This document shows positions 9,374 to 18,463 of a stretch of 64,000 nt of DNA, piece by piece (positions within the stretch are counted from its first letter, which is position 1; each line of letters begins with the position of its first letter). A program made the position numbers and the translations under genes. The stretch is taken from contig CAVWHX010000004.1 of the NCBI GenBank assembly GCA_963754925.1, positions 192,001 through 256,000 on the forward strand. Reading direction: 5' to 3'. This DNA is from an uncultured delta proteobacterium (GTDB taxonomy: Bacteria; Myxococcota; B64-G9). The notes beneath the pieces are model-generated. The model searched no databases, was not told the origin of the DNA, and saw nothing but the letters and a program-made list of their open reading frames with translations.

Positions 9374-10003
9374 CTATCTCGGCGGTTCCGCGTTCGAGGC
9401 GGACGCATCCAGGTTTATGTCTTCAGGTTTTCTCTGATCCTTTTTCTCTAACAACTGGAAGTTGGAGACGGTGAAGGATACCTCGAGCTGAGAAGGATCT
9501 TTGAAATTCTTCTTCACGTGCAGTCTGCGCACCGCGATGGTGTCGGCTTTGCGCTCGATTTCTTCGATAAGCTGCACCAACCGATCGATCGTGATGAGTG
9601 GGATATTCACCTCAACCCTGTCCTCAAAGATGTTTGAGTTTGCTTCAGGGCTCGGGCGGGACTGCATGTCCCCAATATTCACGCCGGACTGCTTGGCCAA
9701 GCCCTCGATGACGGCATACAGTTGAACAGCGCTGCCCTGGCGAATACGTTGTTCCGAGAGCAGCTGGGCCTGCCGGGCCTCCTCGAATTGCGTTCGCTTG
9801 TCGATAATCGTTTGGAGCTTGGCGGTCTTATCCTGGATCCGGTGCTCGATTGAGTTGAGCGAGCTGCTTACCAACCAGGCGATAAGGAAGGTTGCGAAAA
9901 CCACAAAGCCCACAATCGCGCCCGCCACCATATACCGCTCGCGCTGCGACAGTCGACCGACGGCCTCCAGCAGCTCTTCTATTCGCTTACTCGGGGAAAA
10001 CAT
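9374..10003 (-). CDS. gspM: Type II secretion protein M
   Basis: LSQRER followed by TM, coiled coil and ferredoxin-like domain; operon position. Confidence 0.8.
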   Translation of the reverse strand: MFSPSKRIEELLEAVGRLSQRERYMVAGAIVGFVVFATFLIAWLVSSSLNSIEHRIQDKTAKLQTIIDKRTQFEEARQAQLLSEQRIRQGSAVQLYAVIEGLAKQSGVNIGDMQSRPSPEANSNIFEDRVEVNIPLITIDRLVQLIEEIERKADTIAVRRLHVKKNFKDPSQLEVSFTVSNFQLLEKKDQRKPEDINLDASASNAEPPR

Positions 10004-10017
10004 GGCGTCCTTTCAAT

Positions 10018-11536
10018 TCAGCATCCGAAAACGATGGTCATTTCAAATTCAATCTCGGATTCGTCCGGGGTCTTGCGGGTTCTGCCTTTTTGAATATCGC
10101 TGAAGCATTGATACCCCTCGAGAGCCTTTTTAATCTTGTCAACCAATTCAAAGGTGTCGGTGTAGCCCTTCACTTCAATCTTCTTCGGCTGAATATCGAT
10201 ATCCTTAAGCCGCACTCTTATGTTGGCCGGAAGGTGGCCGTGAAACTCGCGCAGAACATCCAACGCCGTTATGCGCGGCAGCGGATCGGCCCCCGGGGAA
10301 ATCTTATCCTTGATAATTGAGAGCGCGATTTCCGGGTTGTCATAGGACTTGCCGAGCAGAGACTTGGTGACTTCTTGCAGACTCTGGTCAAGAGCGCGCT
10401 CGGTTGAAGAGAGGCTCAGGCAGCGCACCACCCCCGAACCCATGGCCAGGATCATGAGTATCGCCAGTCCCGCCGCCACGCGATTGATTTTGCCGCGTAC
10501 AAATTCAGTGTCGGCGGTAAACGAAAAAGCCCCCCGGCGAAGGTTCAGCCAGCCGCGCCGACCGCCCTGGTGGGCGTGCAGAGCCAACCCCAGCGCCTTG
10601 ATCCACTCTCCCAGGTACCGGTCGTGGTTGAGCCGCTCAATGTCCGGCAGGTGCAGCTGCTCGGCGCGCACGTGTTGCGTCGGCATCGAAAGTTCCGCCG
10701 TCAAGAATTCGTCGAGATTCTGCACCGTCGCGTCGGTGCCACACAGCCATAGGGTGGCAACCGGCTGCCGATATTTCGCAGCATAGGTCGCAAACGTCTG
10801 GCGCAGCTCGCGCAGCAGCGAAGCCAGTTTCACTCGCAGAACCTCCGAAGAATATTCTTGCTCCGCCAGAACAAACGCCGGTTCGCCTGCGGTGCGCTCG
10901 ACCGGTGCGCCAGTCAGATGGCCCAACCCGGCAGAAAGCGTGCGGGCAAAGCTGACACCCTGAGCCCCAAAAACACAGACCGACGTCAACCGCCTGCCGA
11001 TGTCAACGAAAGCCGCGGCTTCGCCCTCCGGACAGGCGGGCAATAAATCGATCAGACTGGTGTACGCGAGACTTTCAACGCCCACCTGGCGCGGATCCAA
11101 CCCAACGTCTTTGAAGACCTGTAACCAACCACCCAATTTTTCAGTGGCGCAGAGCCCGACCAACATAGACACTCCCTGGGGGGTCTTCGCTACCTGCAGA
11201 TAATCGTACACGACCTCGTTCGAGGGCAAAGGGAGTCAGACTCTCCAACTCAAAACCGATGGTCTGATCAATCTTCTTGCGGTCAACAAACGGCAGATCG
11301 AGCAGGTGCAGCGATCCCTCGTCGCCGGGGATGGTGGTGGCCAGTTGGGCGCTGGGGTCCCTGAGTTCCTGAAGAGATCTCAGGGCCTCGGCCACCCGCT
11401 CGGGGTAGGGCCGCTCGTCTTGCGGGATTTGAACCCGTTGCGCATCGAGCACCGCCACCGAGCGGAATGTGCTCTGCAGCCGCACGCATCGAATGGTCTC
11501 ACTGCGAATGTCCAATCCAATACTCAATTGCGCCAT
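10018..11536 (-). CDS. gspL: Type II secretion protein L (PilM/actin-like cytoplasmic domain, TM, PilN-like domain), frameshift near 11229
   Basis: IGLDI start, LDLPF..FELE, VDIG, LNLRRG; ORFs 11141-11536 and 10018-11229 join by removing one T. Confidence 0.8.
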
Positions 11537-11550
11537 GACGCGCTCCTCAC

Positions 11551-12829
11551 TTACAGTATCCGCCAGTACAAAATCTCTTGGCCTGAACTCGTGTTCTTGA
11601 CAACCGTTCTGATAGTCACCTTTGTCTCCCCCACCTCGCCGGTGGCCTGCACGCTGAACGTGTCGGATAATGACGCTACATTTTTCAAAAAACTCTTATC
11701 GAATGACAGACCATTTCCCTGAAGGATGTTCACGATTTAACGTTTTGTCAGGCACCGTGAACGTCATTGATTGCATGAGGTTGCGAACCTCGAAGAACAT
11801 CGCCAACGCTTCGAGCACCTTGGGCAAACCCGGGGCGCTGCACAGCGTAACATTCTCGGGTTGCATGCAAATGAGTGAGAGCATCACGACGGGATCATTG
11901 ACCGAGCTCAGGTTTACCAATAGATTCGGATCAGAGTAGACGGTGAATTTATCGCCAAACTCCTGCATGAAGGCATCGCTCACCCCGCGAATAAGATGCA
12001 GCTCGTCAACGGTCACGAAAGGACCGTTCTTGGTCTTATAGGGATCTTTGAGAGTATCATAGCGCGAATCTTCAGCAGCAACCCCGGGGGTGAAAAGACT
12101 ACCGGCTAGCTGCGAGAAGGGAGCGCGAAGCAGCAAATCCTGGTTTAAACTGTCCATGGTCGTGTTGAGGTCGATCCAATCGTGCATCCCCATCACGACA
12201 TCGACGGGGGTGTTGTACTGTCCATCGGCATCGGGGTTTTCAAACATCAGGGCGTATTTCTTATTACCAATAAGAGTGAGAATCTCTGCGGCCGTGGGCC
12301 CCGCGTAGGTGGGAATACTATTGAGTGCGTTGACATTGATTTTGGCGTACTCGTCCTCGATCGCCGCATGAAAGCTGCCGTCGAATTTACCAAAGCCGTG
12401 CTTACCGCCCAGGTTCAGGCCCTTCATGCCAAAGGTCTCGCCGATCTCGCCGGATGTTAAGGCCTTTGCCAGATCGCTCTCAATCGGGAATATCTGATAC
12501 AGCTTGATGGTCCCACCGCCGACTAATTGTTTTATTTGTGGTGGTAGGTTGCCCATCATGCTATCCAGCTGGCCCTGGTAATAGAGGATCAACCGCGCTA
12601 CGTTCGTTGCCGAACGAGCCAGGTAGTACGCTTTGACCCGGTCGCGCACATTAGCGGCCATCTGCACCTCAACGCGCGTCTGATAGACAAATTCAGCCAC
12701 CACCGCGGTGAGCACCGCCATGGTGACCAGCACCATCAAGAGCGCTATGCCGCGCTCCGAGCGCAATGATTGCGAAAGCTGCTTTCGCAGCGTATGCCGT
12801 TTTAAGCGCATGGTTATGATTTGATCCAA
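11551..12829 (-). CDS. gspK: Type II secretion minor pseudopilin K, frameshift near 11737
   Basis: RGIALLMVL, AYYLARS, DEYAKININ-like motif, ELHLIRGV; C-terminus ILYWRIL lies in ORF 11551-11733. Confidence 0.85.
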
Positions 12830-13506
12830 TTCATGAGCGGTTTAAGGGTGAAGATGCGCGCGATGGTGGAGAGTTTTATTTGATTATCGTGGCCCTCCGC
12901 CGCCACGAGCTTGATGCGCACGAGCCGCGGTAATTGGTTCTGTCTCTCGACCCGGCTACAGTCCCAATCGTCCACCCAATCGTTTTTCACGTTGTCCCAA
13001 AAATCAAACCGCAACTCTTTGATGTCGGGGCAGAGCACCTGTGTCTCGCCGCCCTCCTCGGGCTGACCGTCAATGCGCGCTTTTTCCCGACGCATGAGAT
13101 TATACTGCGAGGAATGCCTGGGGTCGCCCTCGCCGAAGTAACTGAGCACATTCTGGTCTGATTCGTGCACATCCTTAAAGAGGCGCAGGTGTGAAAACGA
13201 GGTGAAGGTAAGCTTATCAAATTTACCTTCGTGCTCGAGCTTGAAGAGCGTTTGCTGGCGACGCTCGCCCGTCGGAGTGTTGAGTTGCTGGCAGTTGTAG
13301 ACAAACGCCATCGATATTTCACGGGCCATACGCTCAAGCGCCACCCGCAGACCATGATACCGTTCCTGCGATTGTGTCACTTGCTCGCGCACGTCGAAGG
13401 TCCGCGCGAACGCACCATAAATGAGGCTTGAGATGATCACCACAATCGATAGGGCGATCAGTACCTCAACCAGCGTGAAGCCCAACTGTTTCAGTGCAGC
13501 GTTCAT
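12814..13506 (-). CDS. gspJ: Type II secretion minor pseudopilin J
   Basis: GFTLVEVLIA prepilin motif; LPRLVRI C-terminal motif. Confidence 0.85.
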   Translation of the reverse strand: MNAALKQLGFTLVEVLIALSIVVIISSLIYGAFARTFDVREQVTQSQERYHGLRVALERMAREISMAFVYNCQQLNTPTGERRQQTLFKLEHEGKFDKLTFTSFSHLRLFKDVHESDQNVLSYFGEGDPRHSSQYNLMRREKARIDGQPEEGGETQVLCPDIKELRFDFWDNVKNDWVDDWDCSRVERQNQLPRLVRIKLVAAEGHDNQIKLSTIARIFTLKPLMNWIKS

Positions 13507-13524
13507 GAAGTATCAAGCGCTCCC

Positions 13525-14328
13525 TTATGGAAGGGACGGCAACGCGCTCCCCGCCGGATTCGGCAAATTCAAACCAGGTCCACCCGTCGAAGGTGTTAAT
13601 GCCGGTTGGGCACCGGCCGCCGCCGACGCCTGAGGTATATTAACGATATGGGTGGTCACCACCAACTGTCTCCCGGGGCCGCCCTCTCCCCACTCGACGG
13701 TAAGCTGCATCTCCCGCAACTGCTCTTCGAGCTGTTTGGAAATCATTTCTGCGCTGCCCCCGAGCGTGCTCATAGCCGCACTCGTCATTCCTCCGGCGCC
13801 ACCCGCCTGGCCGAGGGCGGAAGCCGAGGTCCCGCCAAGCAGCCCCGCTAGTCCGCCACCGCTGGAGCCTAAGAGATTTCCAACAGATCCGCCCAAGGCT
13901 TTCTCGAGAGCCTCACTTTTTTTATCGTCTTTGCTGCTGCGGTCACTCAGGAGGTAATTGAGCGCGTCTCCGATCGGCAGCTCTATTTTACGGACCTCCA
14001 TCTTCCAGCGATAGCCGGGGTAGCCAGATTCTTCAAAGGTTCCTTTCGTAACGTCAGACTCGACGGGGAATCCATCCTTGATAAGCTTCTCCTCGGTCTG
14101 CTCGAGCTTGGCCTGCGCGAGAAACGCGGCCACGGTCACCTGGCGGCCATAGGTGCTCAAGCGTATCGAGCCGCTGAGCGTCTGGAGCAGTGCGACGTAG
14201 GCGGTCGCCAAGATTCCCAGGGCCACGAGAACCTCCAGCAAGGTGAAACCCGCTTGGCCTAAGCCGGTCGCCTGCGATAGCTTCATCACGTTACTCCTCC
14301 GGGAGGTATTCCGGCGTAACGCTGACAT
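13525..14328 (-). CDS. gspI: Type II secretion minor pseudopilin I (Gly-rich insert)
   Basis: GFTLLEVLVAL; operon position; start may be 14286. Confidence 0.75.
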   Translation of the reverse strand: MSALRRNTSRRSNVMKLSQATGLGQAGFTLLEVLVALGILATAYVALLQTLSGSIRLSTYGRQVTVAAFLAQAKLEQTEEKLIKDGFPVESDVTKGTFEESGYPGYRWKMEVRKIELPIGDALNYLLSDRSSKDDKKSEALEKALGGSVGNLLGSSGGGLAGLLGGTSASALGQAGGAGGMTSAAMSTLGGSAEMISKQLEEQLREMQLTVEWGEGGPGRQLVVTTHIVNIPQASAAAGAQPALTPSTGGPGLNLPNPAGSALPSLP

Positions 14329-14950
14329 GGCCCGTCAGCGGTTCAACCATCAAGGTGAAGATGTTATTGCTGGTGTCGGTCAGATAGATCGCCGCCCGCT
14401 CGGTCATCCCGGTTGGAAAACAATACAGATAGGCCATCCCCGCCATGACGCGTTCCTTTTGATGAGCCACCCAAACTCCCTTGAACGAGATCTCATCCGG
14501 CAGCGATTGCTTCTTGGTCAGCGGCCCGGCGAAGGCCGCGAACGTAGGCGGCCCCTTGGGTTTCCAAACGTCGCCGTTTTCGAACATCGAGCGGGTAACA
14601 AAGCGTCGCGAGTGCTCCCGCTGTTGGTCCTCGGCCTTGATCATGCCTTCGCGCACTTCCTCTTTATCGCGCACCAACAAAAACTCGGACGAGGAACTCT
14701 CGACCCAATAGGCTTTTTTATCGAGGTCGAACGCCAGACGGAAAGCGGCATTCTTGCGTCCGGCGAGCTCATAGGTATAGCGGATCGCGCCCGCAAGTTT
14801 GGAGGCGCTTGTCCTGAGGTTCGCGTGGGTGATGTTGGCAAGTGTCAGCGAGGCCACCAATAGGGTAAGGCCGATAATGAGCAGCGTTATGCTGAGCTCG
14901 ATTAACGTCATGCCCTGCCGGGCCCGAAGTTGCTTCCACCGTTTCTTCAC
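14291..14950 (-). CDS. gspH: Type II secretion minor pseudopilin H
   Basis: GMTLIEL, FPTG, VEPLTG. Confidence 0.75.
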   Translation of the reverse strand: MKKRWKQLRARQGMTLIELSITLLIIGLTLLVASLTLANITHANLRTSASKLAGAIRYTYELAGRKNAAFRLAFDLDKKAYWVESSSSEFLLVRDKEEVREGMIKAEDQQREHSRRFVTRSMFENGDVWKPKGPPTFAAFAGPLTKKQSLPDEISFKGVWVAHQKERVMAGMAYLYCFPTGMTERAAIYLTDTSNNIFTLMVEPLTGHVSVTPEYLPEE

Positions 14951-14999
14951 AACGCTTCTCCGCCGTATCGATCCATCGCGCCGGTACCGCCGTTTACAC

Positions 15000-15404
15000 C
15001 TACTCCGCGAAAATATCCTTATCGAGACCTTCGCCCCCCGAGACGCCGTCGGCGCCGTACGATTTCAAGGTGTACTTGCTGGCACTTTCTCGGATGTATT
15101 CGAAGTCCTTCTTCCAACCGTCCTTCGGCACGCTCTTAATGATTTGCTTGGTTGCCAGTTCTTGCAAGCCCTGCTCGGTACTGGGGTAGGAGCCAAACTG
15201 GATCTTGTACGCATCCAGAGCTTGGACCAAGTTCTGTATCTGGATCTTGGTTGTATCCGCCTTGGCTTGTTCCAAGTAGCGAATAAAGGTGATGGTGACG
15301 ACCGTCGCCATCATTCCCAAGATGGCAACCACCACCATTATCTCAATCAAGGTCATACCGCGCTCGGTACGAGCTAATCGACGGGCCAATTTATTTCGTG
15401 TCAT
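15000..15404 (-). CDS. gspG: Type II secretion major pseudopilin G
   Basis: GMTLIEIMVV, YPSTEQGL, PKDGW, SYGADG. Confidence 0.92.
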   Translation of the reverse strand: MTRNKLARRLARTERGMTLIEIMVVVAILGMMATVVTITFIRYLEQAKADTTKIQIQNLVQALDAYKIQFGSYPSTEQGLQELATKQIIKSVPKDGWKKDFEYIRESASKYTLKSYGADGVSGGEGLDKDIFAE

Positions 15405-15442
15405 TTTCCGCTCCTCCTTCAAGGAAGCATCCGTACCTGACC

Positions 15443-16672
15443 TCACCTCACGAATTCATTCAGCTTTAAGATCGGCAGCAAAATAGAGAACACCATAAAA
15501 CCAATTGCGCCTCCCATGATCACGATAATCAGGGGTTCGAGAAGGGTGGTCAGCATGCTGATGCGGGTTTCGGCCTGGTTTTCGTAAGCAGTCGCAACAT
15601 TGTTGAGCATCTCTTCCAACTGGCCCGAGCGCTCGCCGATGGCGATCATGTGCACCACCAGCGGCGGGAATTCGCCGCTGCGCTTGAGCGGCGCGGCTAT
15701 GCTCTCGCCCTCCTTTATACTGTCGCGGGCTTCGTCGATGGCCGCCGAGAGCACTCGGTTGTTGACGATGCTGCGCACGATGTCCATGGCTTTAAGCAGC
15801 GGCACGCCGCTGCGTAATAACGTGGCGAGCGTCTTGGAAAAACGCGCCACCGAGAGCATGCGTACGATCTCGCCAACGACCGGCATGTCGAGCTTGAACC
15901 GATCAAATCGCAAACGGCCGTGATCGGTTTTGAGATACCGTCTCAGCGCGATAATGCTGATTACCACCACGGCGAGTACGAGGTACCAAAATTGGTTGAG
16001 GAAGTTACTCATCCCCAGCAGAATCCGGGTGGGTAGCGGCAAGGTCGCTTTAAGATCCTCGAAGATCTGGGTTATCTTGGGAATGACCACGACCAATAAA
16101 AGCGACAGGATTCCAATCGCCACCACCACCATGACGGCCGGGTATGCCAGCGTGCCGATAACTTTGGAGCGTAGCCGCGCCTGGCTCTCGGTGAAGTCGG
16201 CCAGGCGGGTGAGCACGACGTCCAGGGCGCCGGAGGACTCCCCGGCGCGCACCATGTTGCAGTAGAGATCCGGGAAGACTTTGGGATGCTGAGCCATGGC
16301 ATCGGCCAGCGACGAACCCTCGTTAACGCGTTGCTTAATCTGAGAGAGCGCCAACTTGAGCTGTTCGTGCTCGACCTGCTCGACCATGGCGGTGAGGCTT
16401 TCTACGAGGGTCACGCCGGCATGGAGAAGCGTAGCCAGCTGACGGGTGACGATGGCGAGATCCTGGGCAGAGACCCGCTGGCGTAACCGCTTGCCGATAT
16501 TGTACTCAACACCTTTTTTTTGATCCTCGCCTTCAGTATGCTGCTCAACTTCGGTCAAAAAGACGTCTTCCTTGCGTAGGAGGCTGCGCAAGCCACGGGG
16601 ACTGTCGGCGTCGCGAATGCCGCTGACGGTCTTGCCGGCTGAGGTTAATCCTTTATAACGATAAACAGCCAT
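15443..16672 (-). CDS. gspF: Type II secretion inner-membrane platform protein F
   Basis: RQLATLL, AGESSGAL, GERSGQL, LLEP. Confidence 0.95.
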   Translation of the reverse strand: MAVYRYKGLTSAGKTVSGIRDADSPRGLRSLLRKEDVFLTEVEQHTEGEDQKKGVEYNIGKRLRQRVSAQDLAIVTRQLATLLHAGVTLVESLTAMVEQVEHEQLKLALSQIKQRVNEGSSLADAMAQHPKVFPDLYCNMVRAGESSGALDVVLTRLADFTESQARLRSKVIGTLAYPAVMVVVAIGILSLLLVVVIPKITQIFEDLKATLPLPTRILLGMSNFLNQFWYLVLAVVVISIIALRRYLKTDHGRLRFDRFKLDMPVVGEIVRMLSVARFSKTLATLLRSGVPLLKAMDIVRSIVNNRVLSAAIDEARDSIKEGESIAAPLKRSGEFPPLVVHMIAIGERSGQLEEMLNNVATAYENQAETRISMLTTLLEPLIIVIMGGAIGFMVFSILLPILKLNEFVR

Positions 16673-16705
16673 GCATCGTATCCTCACGGTCCCGTGCGAG
16701 AGGCA

Positions 16706-18415
16706 CTAAACGGTGTCCTCCTGGGTAACCCGGAGTACCTCCTCCATGGTGGTGATGCCGTGGACAACCTTATCGGCGCCATCGTCGCGCAGAGTTTTCA
16801 TGCCACGCTTCACCGCTGCCTTTTTGATCGTGCCAGAGTCGACGTTTTTCAAAACCATCTGGCGAATTTCGTCGTTGACCAGCAACAACTCGTAGATCCC
16901 GGTACGACCGTAGTAGCCGGTTTTGAAGCACTTGGCACAACCGGTTGCCGCGAAAACCTTTTTGGGTAGCGCGTCGGTTTCGTAGTGCTCTCCGAGCTCG
17001 GCCCATTCCTCGCGGGTAGGGCTCACCTCTTGTCGGCAATGCGGACAGACGATTCGCACCAGGCGTTGAGCTAGAATCGCCAGCAGCGAGGAGGCCACCA
17101 GGAACGGTTCCACACCCATGTCCACCAATCGCGTCACCGCCGACGCCGCATCGTTGGTGTGAACGGTGGAAAACACCAAATGGCCGGTGAGCGATGCCTG
17201 TATGGCAATCTCGGCGGTGGGCAAGTCGCGAATCTCGCCGACCATGATGATATCCGGATCCTGCCTTAGGAACGAACGCAAAACGTTGGCGAAGGACAAG
17301 TCGATCTTCTCGTTGACGTGGATCTGGCTGATGCCCGGCAACTGGTACTCGACCGGATCCTCGACCGTCAGAATGTTGACCTCTGACGTATTGATCTTGG
17401 AAAGCGCTGCGTACAGGGTGGTCGTCTTGCCGCTGCCGGTGGGTCCCGCTACCAGGATGATGCCGTGGCTCTTGTTGATGATCTGATTCATCACCATCAA
17501 GTTGGCTTCGTTGAAACCGATTTCGCTCAGGTCCAACAGGACCGACGATTTATCCAGCAGACGCATGACCACCCGTTCGCCGAAAATGGTGGGGATGGTG
17601 GAGAGGCGAATGTCGATATCCTTGCCGGCTATCTTGATGCGAATGCGCCCGTCCTGGGGGAGCCGTTTTTCGGCGATGTTCAATCCGCCCATGATTTTAA
17701 TGCGCGAGATGATGCTCGCCTGAAAACGCTTCTGGGTGCGCAGAATTTCATACAACACGCCGTCGCGCCGAAAACGCACGGAGATATCGCGCTCCTGTGG
17801 TTCGAGGTGGACATCGCTGCAGCGTTCCTTGACCGCTTGAAAAAGCAGCGAGTTGACCAGCCGGATAATCGGCGCTTCGTCGGAAGCGTCGAGCAGGTCC
17901 TTTGGCTCTTCCAATTCGTGGGCCAGCGTGTCGAGGCTGGTTTCTTCGAGATCGTCGACCAATGCTTCAGCTTCGCCGGCGCTTCGGTCATAGATACGGT
18001 TGATGCTCTCAAGGATAGCCTGCCCATCGGCCAGCACCGGACGAATCGGACGATGCAGCAAAACCCGCAACTCGTCGAGCGCAAAGGTGTTGAGCGGATC
18101 GGCCACCGCCACTATCACCTCATCCGCGTCCGCGCGCAGCGGCATAACCATGTGCTGTTTTGCAAAGTTGATCGGCACGGTGCTCACCAGCTCGCTATTC
18201 ACACTAGCGCTATCGATCTCTTCGAGTAACGGGAGGTCGAGTTGTTCGCTCAGAGCGCGCAGAACATCGTGGGGCGTGGCCGCTTTCATCGAAACTAAGA
18301 TCTCGCCTATGCGTCCGCCGCGTTCCTGCTGATGCGCAAGCGCCTCGTCGATAGTCTCCTGAGTGAGGCTATTGTGATCCTGAAGGATATCGCCTAATTT
18401 TCGTAAAAGGCCCAT
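16706..18415 (-). CDS. gspE: Type II secretion ATPase E with N-terminal MshEN-like region
   Basis: GPTGSGKTT, TVEDPVE, LRQDPD, TGHLV, CPHC..CAKC. Confidence 0.95.
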   Translation of the reverse strand: MGLLRKLGDILQDHNSLTQETIDEALAHQQERGGRIGEILVSMKAATPHDVLRALSEQLDLPLLEEIDSASVNSELVSTVPINFAKQHMVMPLRADADEVIVAVADPLNTFALDELRVLLHRPIRPVLADGQAILESINRIYDRSAGEAEALVDDLEETSLDTLAHELEEPKDLLDASDEAPIIRLVNSLLFQAVKERCSDVHLEPQERDISVRFRRDGVLYEILRTQKRFQASIISRIKIMGGLNIAEKRLPQDGRIRIKIAGKDIDIRLSTIPTIFGERVVMRLLDKSSVLLDLSEIGFNEANLMVMNQIINKSHGIILVAGPTGSGKTTTLYAALSKINTSEVNILTVEDPVEYQLPGISQIHVNEKIDLSFANVLRSFLRQDPDIIMVGEIRDLPTAEIAIQASLTGHLVFSTVHTNDAASAVTRLVDMGVEPFLVASSLLAILAQRLVRIVCPHCRQEVSPTREEWAELGEHYETDALPKKVFAATGCAKCFKTGYYGRTGIYELLLVNDEIRQMVLKNVDSGTIKKAAVKRGMKTLRDDGADKVVHGITTMEEVLRVTQEDTV

Positions 18416-18463
18416 GCTTCTGTACCTTCATTCATTGATTGCCACCCTAACGGTGAAGCATTC

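Noticed and set aside
10018..12829. gspL and gspK as true pseudogenes (inactive T2SS)
   Set aside because: Each has one extra base in a homopolymer and the rest of the operon is intact; same error pattern as elsewhere
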